Shown here piece after piece: positions 9,146 through 17,650 of a stretch of 64,000 nt of DNA. Each line of letters opens with the position of its first letter. Position 1 is the stretch's first letter. Under the pieces are notes generated by a model. That model had not been told where the DNA came from. It did no database searches and saw nothing but the letters and a program-made list of their open reading frames with translations. A program made the position numbers and the translations under genes. The DNA comes from Candidatus Latescibacterota bacterium (GTDB lineage: Bacteria; Latescibacterota; UBA2968), in assembly GCA_965222605.1 (NCBI GenBank), contig OZ244960.1, positions 480,001 through 544,000 on the forward strand. The letters are read 5' to 3'.

Positions 9146-9468
9146 GAAAAATGAGAAATTATCGCGACTACTTAATCGAAGGGCTTTCTGACTTTGAGGA
9201 GGCCATCTCCTATCTTCAAACGGAATTGGAAGAATACCAAAAAGACGGGAATAGTGCCGCGCTTTATTACGGATTCAGTGCGGCTGTTGAAGGACAAGGC
9301 GGTACGCGAGAATTTGCCCGAAAGACGCATAGCAATCCTCAAGATGTGGCGAATGCCATGTCAAACAAGGACGAGACGCTGATTGCGAACATCATCGCCC
9401 AACTGCCCGCGACGCAATGCGAGACCTCTGAAATAGAGATCGAGAAATTGCGAGTGGTCAAGACCTGA
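9142..9468 (+). CDS. Antitoxin A2, addiction-module antidote
   Basis: ATGA-coupled to T1; paralog of A1. Confidence 0.8.
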   Translation: MRKMRNYRDYLIEGLSDFEEAISYLQTELEEYQKDGNSAALYYGFSAAVEGQGGTREFARKTHSNPQDVANAMSNKDETLIANIIAQLPATQCETSEIEIEKLRVVKT

Positions 9469-9504
9469 AATTGCGCCATGAGCCAGGCAGAGGGCGGATA
9501 GAGG

Positions 9505-9840
9505 ATGCTTGCTACGCAACCGAGGAAACTGCAAATTTACCAGCATCCAAATGGGCGAGTGCCTTTCACTGAATGGTTGGAATCACGCGATCAAAAAACG
9601 CAGGACCGGATTCAAGAACGCCTTACCCGTCTTGCGGGCGGCAATTTTGGCGACTGGAAATCTGTCGGCGAAGGTATTTTTGAAAGCCGTTTCCATTTCG
9701 GAGCAGGCTATCGCATCTATTTTGGCATAGTCGGCAACACCATCGTCCTGCTGCTCTGCGGCGGCGATAAGTCTTCGCAAATGAGAGACATTGAACGCGC
9801 AAAAACCTATTGGCAAAATTACAAGGAAACCCAGCGATGA
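9505..9840 (+). CDS. Toxin T2, RelE/HigB-like addiction-module killer protein
   Basis: Paralog of T1 (16 aa differences in 111 by manual count); RLAGGNFGDWKSVGEG, GGDKSSQ. Confidence 0.9.
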   Translation: MLATQPRKLQIYQHPNGRVPFTEWLESRDQKTQDRIQERLTRLAGGNFGDWKSVGEGIFESRFHFGAGYRIYFGIVGNTIVLLLCGGDKSSQMRDIERAKTYWQNYKETQR

Positions 9841-11306
9841 GACAGATGATAGATTTCAGCGACTACTTAATCGAAAAGTTTTCGGATATCGATAAAGCTC
9901 TCTCCTTCCTTAAAGTCGCATTGGAAGAGTACAAAAAAGATCCGGATGGTGCCGCGCTTTATTACGGATTCAGTGCAGCTGTTGAAGCACAAGGCGGTGT
10001 TCAAAAATTTGCACTGAAAACCCACAGTGCCCCACAAGCCGTATCGGATGCCTTGTTGAGCAAGAATGAGACGCAGATTGCTGAATTACTTAAAAAGCAG
10101 GTATTGGCAAAAAGAGGAGAGGACAAAGATATAGCGCAAAATGGGCCTTTGCCGAAGGGGTGGCGGGAAATAAAGTTGGGGGACTTGTGTTCTGATATTG
10201 CATATGGATATACTGCCACTGCAAGTAACGAACCTATCGGTCCCAAGTTTCTGAGAATTACAGATATTGTTTCAGACAGTATAAATTGGGAAAGCGTCCC
10301 ATATTGTGAAATAGAAGACAGCAAAAAACACAGGTACACATTAGAAACTGGAGATATAGTCATTGCAAGAACAGGGGCAACCACTGGATACAATCAGGTT
10401 GTAAGATCAAATGAGCATTCCGTATTTGCTTCATATCTTATTCGGTACAAATTAAGACAGGATATAGCATATCCATTTTTCATTGGTTGCGTTCTAAAAT
10501 CCACATATTGGAAACGTTTTGTAGAAAGAATCAAAGCCCGTTCTGCACAGCCAGGAGCCAATGCAAAAGATTTTGCAAGTTTCAAGATTCTCTTACCTAC
10601 ATTTTCCGAACAAAAAGCCATTGCGTCTTTACTGGAAAAATGGGACATAGCCATTGAGAAAACCGAAGCACTGATAGAGGCGAAGGAGGAGAGGTTTAAG
10701 TGGTTAATTACCAAATTGATAGCACAAAGTTGCAAGCATTGGAATCATTATAAAGCCAGCGAACTTTTTAAAAACATATCTTGTAAAGGATATCCGGACG
10801 AAGAACTACTATCCGTCACACAAGATAGAGGAGTTATCCCACGCAACATGCTTGAAGGTAGAGTGATGTCCCCTACAAGTGGAACGGATAGTTACAAATT
10901 GGTAGAACCAGGTAACTTTGTTATCAGCCTACGCTCTTTTCAGGGCGGCTTAGAGTATTCAAAATATCGGGGAATCATCAGTCCAGCATACACGGTTTTG
11001 TTGCCTAAGAAAAAAATTAATGATGACTTTTACAGACATTTCTTTAAGACCTATATCTTCGTGGAAAAGTATTTGGCACTGGCAGTTGTCGGTATTCGCG
11101 ACGGTAAGCAGATTAATTTTGAAGCTTTTAAATCTATCAAACTGCCGCTTCCCTCATTGTCAGAACAACAACGCATTGCCAAAATCCTCAACACTGCTCA
11201 ACAAGAAATAAACCTACTCAAACAACTCGCTGACCAATACCGCACACAAAAACGCGGATTGATGCAGAAATTATTAACTGGACAGTGGAGAATGAGCAAT
11301 CAATAA
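9837..11306 (+). CDS. hsdS: Fusion: N-terminal antitoxin (A3) plus type I RM specificity subunit with two TRDs
   Basis: First ~95 aa align with A1/A2 (ALEEYKKD..AALYYGFSAAVEAQGG); from ~10149 LPKGWREIKLGD, FASYLIR, LPTFSEQKAIA, GIISPAY, LPSLSEQQRIA, KRGLMQKLLTG; no stop between the domains. Confidence 0.9.
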   Translation: MRQMIDFSDYLIEKFSDIDKALSFLKVALEEYKKDPDGAALYYGFSAAVEAQGGVQKFALKTHSAPQAVSDALLSKNETQIAELLKKQVLAKRGEDKDIAQNGPLPKGWREIKLGDLCSDIAYGYTATASNEPIGPKFLRITDIVSDSINWESVPYCEIEDSKKHRYTLETGDIVIARTGATTGYNQVVRSNEHSVFASYLIRYKLRQDIAYPFFIGCVLKSTYWKRFVERIKARSAQPGANAKDFASFKILLPTFSEQKAIASLLEKWDIAIEKTEALIEAKEERFKWLITKLIAQSCKHWNHYKASELFKNISCKGYPDEELLSVTQDRGVIPRNMLEGRVMSPTSGTDSYKLVEPGNFVISLRSFQGGLEYSKYRGIISPAYTVLLPKKKINDDFYRHFFKTYIFVEKYLALAVVGIRDGKQINFEAFKSIKLPLPSLSEQQRIAKILNTAQQEINLLKQLADQYRTQKRGLMQKLLTGQWRMSNQ

Positions 11307-11318
11307 AAGGGACATTGT

Positions 11319-11777
11319 ATGAAAACAATTTATGCAATTTATACACTTTTTTTTTATCACCTTTCTCTGATGGGTTTAGGATTATATGTTCGTTTTGGAT
11401 GGTATGATTATGCACTCTGGAAGTTCAATCCTATCTGGTTAGATGTTTCATTATTTGGACTTGCGGGAGGGAGTGTTTACTGCTTACGAGGTCTCTATTT
11501 TCATTATTGTGTTGAGAAAGATTGGGACAATGTTTGGTTCGTATGGCATTTGATCCGTCCATTTGTGAGTACTGTTTGCGGCGCAGTAAGTTTGGTATTT
11601 GTTAAGGCAGGTCTATTGCTGTTCGGAGGGGCCTCAGTCGAAATGCAAAATCACTATGGAGTTTATGCCCTTGCTTTTATAGCAGGATTGAATGTTGACA
11701 ATTTCGTAAAAAAAATAGAGCTAATTTTCAAAGAAACTGTAGGGATTGAACAAACTCGAACATCAGGAGAAAAATAA
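11319..11777 (+). CDS. Hypothetical membrane protein (about 4 TM)
   Basis: Hydrophobic segments with GLAGG...WHLIRPF...AFIAG; AT-rich; lies between hsdS and hsdR. Confidence 0.7.
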   Translation: MKTIYAIYTLFFYHLSLMGLGLYVRFGWYDYALWKFNPIWLDVSLFGLAGGSVYCLRGLYFHYCVEKDWDNVWFVWHLIRPFVSTVCGAVSLVFVKAGLLLFGGASVEMQNHYGVYALAFIAGLNVDNFVKKIELIFKETVGIEQTRTSGEK

Positions 11778-11779
11778 GT

Positions 11780-12664
11780 ATGAGTATTATCAAATCTTTA
11801 TCTGTAGGGAATGGGGATATGTTCTATATCAAACACAATTCAGACAATTTTTCGATAATTGACTGTTGTATGGATGAAGATGATAGAGAAGATATTGTCA
11901 AAGAATTACGGAGAGAGGCCAACGGCAAAAACATCAGAAGATTCATCTCTACGCATCCTGATGATGACCACATTAGAGGGCTTCAATATCTCAATAAGGA
12001 ATGGCCGATATTGAATTTTTACTGCGTAAAGAATGAAACCACAAAGGAAGATGAGACAGATGATTTTGATGAGTACTGTGAATTGAGAGATTCTGATAAG
12101 GCCTTTTACTTAGAAAAAGGCTGTACGCGACGTTGGATGAATCAGTCTAATGAAGAGCGAGGTAGTGCAGGTATTAATATACTTTGGCCTGTCACCAGCA
12201 ATGAGGATTACAAAAACGCCCTTCAAGAGGCGGCACAAGGTAAGAGCCCTAACAACATATCACCGATAATAAAATATTCTCTAAACGATGGAGCCAACGT
12301 ATTGTGGATGGGCGACTTAGAAACTGACTTTATGGAAAAGATTGAAGATAACGTATCGCTTGAAGAAGTTGATATCCTCTTCGCCCCCCACCACGGAAGA
12401 GACAGTGGCAAAGTGCCCAAGTCCTGGTTAGATACATTAAATCCGAAAATTATTGTTATCGGCGAAGCCCCTTCTCAACATCTAAATTACTATCAAGGTT
12501 TTGACACTATAAAACAAAATTCTGCTGGAGATATGGTATTTAAATGCGTTACGAGCGCAGTACATATCTATGTTGAAAATGAATCTTATCAAGAAGATTT
12601 TTTGAACGATGAAAACAAAGGGGACGATTACGATCTGTATTATTTAGGTACTCTAAACTTGTAA
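11780..12664 (+). CDS. ComEC/Rec2-like metallo-beta-lactamase-fold hydrolase
   Basis: SVGNGD, IIDC, STHPDDDHIRG, WMGD, APHHG motifs. Confidence 0.8.
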   Translation: MSIIKSLSVGNGDMFYIKHNSDNFSIIDCCMDEDDREDIVKELRREANGKNIRRFISTHPDDDHIRGLQYLNKEWPILNFYCVKNETTKEDETDDFDEYCELRDSDKAFYLEKGCTRRWMNQSNEERGSAGINILWPVTSNEDYKNALQEAAQGKSPNNISPIIKYSLNDGANVLWMGDLETDFMEKIEDNVSLEEVDILFAPHHGRDSGKVPKSWLDTLNPKIIVIGEAPSQHLNYYQGFDTIKQNSAGDMVFKCVTSAVHIYVENESYQEDFLNDENKGDDYDLYYLGTLNL

Positions 12665-12789
12665 GCACTTAAACACGCTTCGGGAGATCAATTTAACGGC
12701 CAGACACGTCACAATTTACATTTTACTCAATACAATGAGCAAAGAAACATTCATCTACGCCTCATCCCTGCTCTCATAGGAACAACGTA

Positions 12790-15700
12790 ATGCCTACCTT
12801 CCCTTTTAGCGAAAAACATCTTTCCCAGATACCCGCTCTGCAACAGCTAATTAACATGGGCTACCGGTATCTGTCCCCCGATAAGGCGATGGTAGAACGC
12901 GGTGGGCGCGCCTCCAATGTTCTGCTGGAAAACATCTTGCGCGATCAGCTCAAAAAAATAAATCGCATTCGCTACAAAGGCGATGTGTATCTGTTCAGCG
13001 AGGAGAATATTCAATCCGCCATTCAAAAAATGAAAAATGTCCAATACGATGGCTTGCAAAAAACAAACGAAGTGATCTACGACCTGATAACGCTTGGCAC
13101 ATCACTTGAACAAACAATTGAGAGCAATTCCAAAAGTTATACCCTGAACTACATCGACTGGAAAAATCCCGCGAACAATGTTTTTCACGCCACAGCGGAA
13201 TTTTCCGTTGAACGCGCCCGCAGCATGGAAACCGCAAGGCCTGACATTGTATTATTTGTGAACGGCATTCCCCTTGTCGTAATCGAGTGCAAAGGCTCCG
13301 ATGTAGATGTGGATCAAGCCATATCTCAAACAATCCGCAATCAGGGGGAGGAATACATCCCGCGCCTTTTCATTTACGCGCAGATATTGCTGGCTATGAA
13401 CAAAAATGAGGCGAAATACGCAACAGTGGGAACCTCAAAGGCATTTTGGAGCATTTGGGACGAATTAGAGGATTCTGAGGGCGATGTGAATGCCATCATC
13501 AATAAAACCCTTTCTGCAACAGACAAAGACGCCTTGTTCCGCGGCGACTTCGCCCTGGCGCAATCGCACTTTGCCGCGCTTGAAAGCACAGGCAACCGAC
13601 TGATCACGGAACAGGATAGATGTCTTTACAATTTGTGTCGTCCAGAGCGTCTGTTGGAACTCATTTACGGCTTTATCGTCTTTGACCTTGGCATTAAGAA
13701 AATTGCCCGATACCAGCAGTTCTTTCTCGTTCGTTCCGCAATAAATCGCATTAAACAAATAGACAATACAGGACGCCGCCAGGGCGGTATTGTCTGGCAC
13801 ACACAGGGTTCTGGAAAATCCATCACAATGGTTATGCTGGCTCGTACTCTGGCTCTGGATCCAGAACTGAATAACTTCCGAATGATTCTCGTTACAGACC
13901 GCAAAGACCTGGATAAACAACTGGGCAACACCTTCGCTGCTTGTGGTCTGGATATGGAGCGGGCTACAACCGGGCGAAATCTGGTCAAACACATCAAAAA
14001 CAGGGTAGGCATCATCACGACGCTGATCAATAAATTCGACAAAGCACTTTCTGCTGAAAAATACGTTGATGATTCAGCGGATATTGTCGTCCTCGTAGAT
14101 GAAAGCCATCGCACAAACTTCGGTTCTCTTGCAGCACGCATGAGGCAGATGTTGCCAAATGCCTGTTACATCGGCTTTACGGGCACGCCATTGCTCAAAA
14201 GAGAGAAGAACAGTTTTGCCAGATTCGGAGGTCTTATTGAACCGCATTATTCCGTGCGACAGGCGATAAAAGACAAGGCAGTGGTCCCCCTGCTGTACGA
14301 AGGACGGCATGTGGAGATAGAGCAAAACGAAAACGCGGTTGATTTGTGGTTTGAACGCCATACGGCAAACCTGACAGACCAACAAAAAGCCGACTTAAAA
14401 AGAAAATATTCCCGTGCAGATGCACTCAACCAGGCAGACCAGGTCGTCTATATGCGCGCGTTTGACATAAGCGAACACTACCGAGTAAACTGGCAGGACA
14501 CCCCATTTAAGGCGCAACTTGTAGCACCCAACAAGGCGACGGCCCTGAAGTATCGAGAATTTTTCAATGAGATAAATGATGTTTCATCGGAGGTCGTCAT
14601 TTCTCCCCCGGATACGCGAGAGGGGCATGAGGAGGTCGGTGAGGAGACAGATGTGGTCAACGCGTTCTGGAACAAAATGATGGCCCGTTATGGTTCTGAG
14701 GATCAATACAACAAGCAAATCATCGCGCAGTTCAAACACGCGGACGAACCGGAAATTTTGATTGTAGTAGATAAACTCATCACCGGATTTGACGCGCCTC
14801 GCAATACCATACTCTATCTGTGCCGCAAGTTGCGCGAACACACATTGCTCCAGGCTATTGCCCGGGTTAATCGCGTGCACGAAAATAAGGAATTTGGCTA
14901 TGTCGTTGATTATGCCAATGTATTGGGTGAACTGGACAAAGCACTAAACGAATACGACGCGCTTGCGGATTTTGACAGAGAGGACCTCGCAGATGTCCTG
15001 GTCTCCATCCAGGAAGAAATACAAAAATTGCCGCAACGTTACTCAGACCTCTGGGATATATTCAAAGAAATTAAAAATTCCCGCGATGAAGAACGCTACG
15101 AAGTCCTGCTATCCGATGACGCATTGCGGGAGGATTTTTATGAACGCCTCACGGAGTACGGCAAGACTCTCGCCATCGCGCTTTCATCTGAGCAGTTCAT
15201 TATGCAAACCGACGAGGCTCAACTCAAACGCTACAAAAGCGACCTCTCGCGTTTTGTGAAACTGAGAAAGGCGGTCAGACTGCGCTACGCCGAAGCCATT
15301 GATTACGGCGACTATGACTCCCGAATTACAAAGTTGCTAAACACGCATATTCAGGCAAACGAGGTCACCCAATTAAACACCCCCGTGAATATTTTTGATG
15401 ACAATACCTCTTTTATGGTCAGAGAGACGGGGGGCATTTATCGCACCCAAAACACGGCGGCAAGTGCCGACCAGATCGCGCATGCGACCAGGCGTAAGAT
15501 TACCGAAAACATGGATAAAGACCCCGCTTTTTATGAGAAATTCTCAAAACTCATTCAGGAGGCAATCGACGATTTCAGGCAGCAACGGATATTAGCCCTG
15601 GATTATCTGCAAAAGGTGAGCGATATTCGAGATAAGGTCGAAAACACACAACGCGACGATGTCCCCGATGAGATTCGCAATAACAGTGAAGCCTGTGCGT

Positions 15701-15984
15701 ATTTTGGCGCAATTAAACCTTGTTTGTCAAAAATTGATCTGGATGAAAGCCAGACCGATGACATTGCAATAAAAACAACGCTTGCCATTCAAACCGCGAT
15801 AGACAAAAATTGGAAGGTAGATTTTTGGAACGATAGCGACGCGCAAAATACCGTAAAAAACGAGATTGATGATTTCTTTTACGATGTGGTGGAAGACGTA
15901 TATGGCATTGATTTATCGTCGGAACAGATGGACGAAATAATCAGCCAAACCATGAGGATCGCCAAATTCTGGAGGCCCGCTTAA
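12790..15984 (+). CDS. hsdR: Type I RM restriction/motor subunit
   Basis: RPDIVLFVNGIPLVVIECK nuclease motif, HTQGSGKS Walker A, DESH, FTGTP, TGFDAP, QAIARVNR. Confidence 0.96.
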   Translation: MPTFPFSEKHLSQIPALQQLINMGYRYLSPDKAMVERGGRASNVLLENILRDQLKKINRIRYKGDVYLFSEENIQSAIQKMKNVQYDGLQKTNEVIYDLITLGTSLEQTIESNSKSYTLNYIDWKNPANNVFHATAEFSVERARSMETARPDIVLFVNGIPLVVIECKGSDVDVDQAISQTIRNQGEEYIPRLFIYAQILLAMNKNEAKYATVGTSKAFWSIWDELEDSEGDVNAIINKTLSATDKDALFRGDFALAQSHFAALESTGNRLITEQDRCLYNLCRPERLLELIYGFIVFDLGIKKIARYQQFFLVRSAINRIKQIDNTGRRQGGIVWHTQGSGKSITMVMLARTLALDPELNNFRMILVTDRKDLDKQLGNTFAACGLDMERATTGRNLVKHIKNRVGIITTLINKFDKALSAEKYVDDSADIVVLVDESHRTNFGSLAARMRQMLPNACYIGFTGTPLLKREKNSFARFGGLIEPHYSVRQAIKDKAVVPLLYEGRHVEIEQNENAVDLWFERHTANLTDQQKADLKRKYSRADALNQADQVVYMRAFDISEHYRVNWQDTPFKAQLVAPNKATALKYREFFNEINDVSSEVVISPPDTREGHEEVGEETDVVNAFWNKMMARYGSEDQYNKQIIAQFKHADEPEILIVVDKLITGFDAPRNTILYLCRKLREHTLLQAIARVNRVHENKEFGYVVDYANVLGELDKALNEYDALADFDREDLADVLVSIQEEIQKLPQRYSDLWDIFKEIKNSRDEERYEVLLSDDALREDFYERLTEYGKTLAIALSSEQFIMQTDEAQLKRYKSDLSRFVKLRKAVRLRYAEAIDYGDYDSRITKLLNTHIQANEVTQLNTPVNIFDDNTSFMVRETGGIYRTQNTAASADQIAHATRRKITENMDKDPAFYEKFSKLIQEAIDDFRQQRILALDYLQKVSDIRDKVENTQRDDVPDEIRNNSEACAYFGAIKPCLSKIDLDESQTDDIAIKTTLAIQTAIDKNWKVDFWNDSDAQNTVKNEIDDFFYDVVEDVYGIDLSSEQMDEIISQTMRIAKFWRPA

Positions 15985-16694
15985 TGTCGGAAACTCAGCA
16001 CGCCATCACATACGCGGGCAAATCCATTCCCTTTTATCTGAGTTATTCCAACAGGAAATCTATCGAAATTGCCGTTCATCCAGATGGCTTAGTGACTGTA
16101 AAAGCACCACTGGAAACAGATAAAAACCTCATCGAGCGTCGCGTTTACAAACGCGCGCGTTGGATAAGACGCCAGATTCGCTATTTTGCACAGTTTGACC
16201 CGCGAACTCCAGAGCGGCGGTTTGTCGGAGGTGAAAGCCACCTGTACCTGGGCAAAAAGTATCGGCTAAAGATAAGACAGGCAGAAACGGACAAAGTCTT
16301 GCTAAAGCATGGATTTTTTCACATCACAACGGTTAATAACGAGCCAGAACATATCGCTATATTGCTTGAAGAATGGTACCGAAGCAAGGCGAATATTTAT
16401 TTTTTGAAAGTGTTTGAAGAATGCTGGTGTCCCTTTCAGAAAAAAGGGGTGGATAAACCCACCCTTAAAATCCGCAATATGAAAACGCGCTGGGGCAGTT
16501 TGAGCAGAAAAGGCAGCCTGACATTGAATTTGGAACTCATAAAAGCACCCAGAGAATGTATTGAATACGTCGTTATCCACGAGCTATGCCACCTGTTTCA
16601 TCCCAATCACGGGGCAGAGTTTTATAACTTGCTTGAGCGCATGCTCCCCGATTGGATAAAACGAAAGCACAAATTGGAAATGTCACTGTCTTAG
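15984..16694 (+). CDS. YgjP/DUF45-like zinc-dependent hydrolase (M48/SprT-like), commonly found after hsdR
   Basis: MKTRWGS, YVVIHELCHL, NHG; TAATG overlap with hsdR. Confidence 0.85.
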   Translation: MSETQHAITYAGKSIPFYLSYSNRKSIEIAVHPDGLVTVKAPLETDKNLIERRVYKRARWIRRQIRYFAQFDPRTPERRFVGGESHLYLGKKYRLKIRQAETDKVLLKHGFFHITTVNNEPEHIAILLEEWYRSKANIYFLKVFEECWCPFQKKGVDKPTLKIRNMKTRWGSLSRKGSLTLNLELIKAPRECIEYVVIHELCHLFHPNHGAEFYNLLERMLPDWIKRKHKLEMSLS

Positions 16695-16767
16695 AATCTG
16701 TTCCAGATTTCAATTCACGCACCAGATCACAACTTATCTAAAGCCACATCAAAAAGGACCCCCAACA

Positions 16768-17643
16768 ATGACCACCCCAAATTGGAATATCCTTCCCAAG
16801 GAAACCATCCAGGAATTCGACGAAAAGGGCTGTCTGATTGTGCGCCGGGCGCTCGATCAAAAAACGGTCGCACACCTGCTCGAAATATGCGACCACCTCA
16901 TTGACAGCGACGAAAAAACAAATCGACAAACGCGCGAAAATGGATATTACGATGGCTTTCGCAACTGCATCGCCTTAGACGATGCCTTTCTGCCACTCCT
17001 CACACAACCCAAAATATTCCCCATGGTCGTGCAATTCCTCGGCGCTTATCTTCACCTCACCACCTCACACCTGATTTACAAACACCCCGACCCGCCCGGC
17101 ACGCCTGCTTTTGCCCGAGCACCAAACTGGCATCGCGATTACGGCCGCCTCAACAGCGACCTCCAGCACGCAGCGCCCCGAGGCATGCTCAAATGCGCCT
17201 ATTACCTCTCCGATCTCACCGAACCCAATGCGGGCGCCACACTCGTCGTACCCGGAAGTAATCTCTTGCGAGAACCACTCGACATTCCCTCAAACGGCGA
17301 TCCAGAAGGCGCACTCGAACCGCGCCTCGAACCCGGGGACTGTCTCATCTTTGAAAACCGGACCTATCACGCTGGCGGAGTCAACCTATCCGGCCAGACC
17401 CGCAAAGTCATCATGTTCGGTTATGGCTACCGGTGGCTCGCCCCCATAGATTACCGCGTACAGCCCCAATCGCTATTGGACAAACTCGATCCATTGGGCC
17501 AGTACCTCCTTGGCGAAATACTGGTCAAAACAGAAGAATATCAAACCAGCGGCGGTGAAACCCCGCTCAAACCCTGGTGCGAACAAAACAACCTGCCCCT
17601 TGTCAGACCACCAGTATGGCAAGAGGATCTGGCTCTTGCTTGA
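16768..17643 (+). CDS. Phytanoyl-CoA dioxygenase (PhyH) family Fe(II)/2-oxoglutarate oxygenase
   Basis: WHRD (HxD), GATLVVPGS, GDCLIFENRTYH. Confidence 0.85.
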   Translation: MTTPNWNILPKETIQEFDEKGCLIVRRALDQKTVAHLLEICDHLIDSDEKTNRQTRENGYYDGFRNCIALDDAFLPLLTQPKIFPMVVQFLGAYLHLTTSHLIYKHPDPPGTPAFARAPNWHRDYGRLNSDLQHAAPRGMLKCAYYLSDLTEPNAGATLVVPGSNLLREPLDIPSNGDPEGALEPRLEPGDCLIFENRTYHAGGVNLSGQTRKVIMFGYGYRWLAPIDYRVQPQSLLDKLDPLGQYLLGEILVKTEEYQTSGGETPLKPWCEQNNLPLVRPPVWQEDLALA

Positions 17644-17650
17644 TTACCAA

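Larger units (their letters stand above)
8600..9840 (+). repeat. Tandem duplication with 695-bp period spanning toxin-antitoxin cassettes
   Basis: Toxin starts at 8810 and 9505, antitoxin starts at 9142 and 9837; near-identical DNA in antitoxin 3' half, intergenic spacer and toxin 3' half. Confidence 0.92.

Noticed and set aside
8600-9840. DGR template/variable repeat pair
   Set aside because: Differences are not adenine-specific, both copies are coding, and no reverse transcriptase is in the window
4551-11306. Phase-variable invertible hsdS shufflon
   Set aside because: Both S genes are co-oriented; no shared inverted repeats or recombinase were seen
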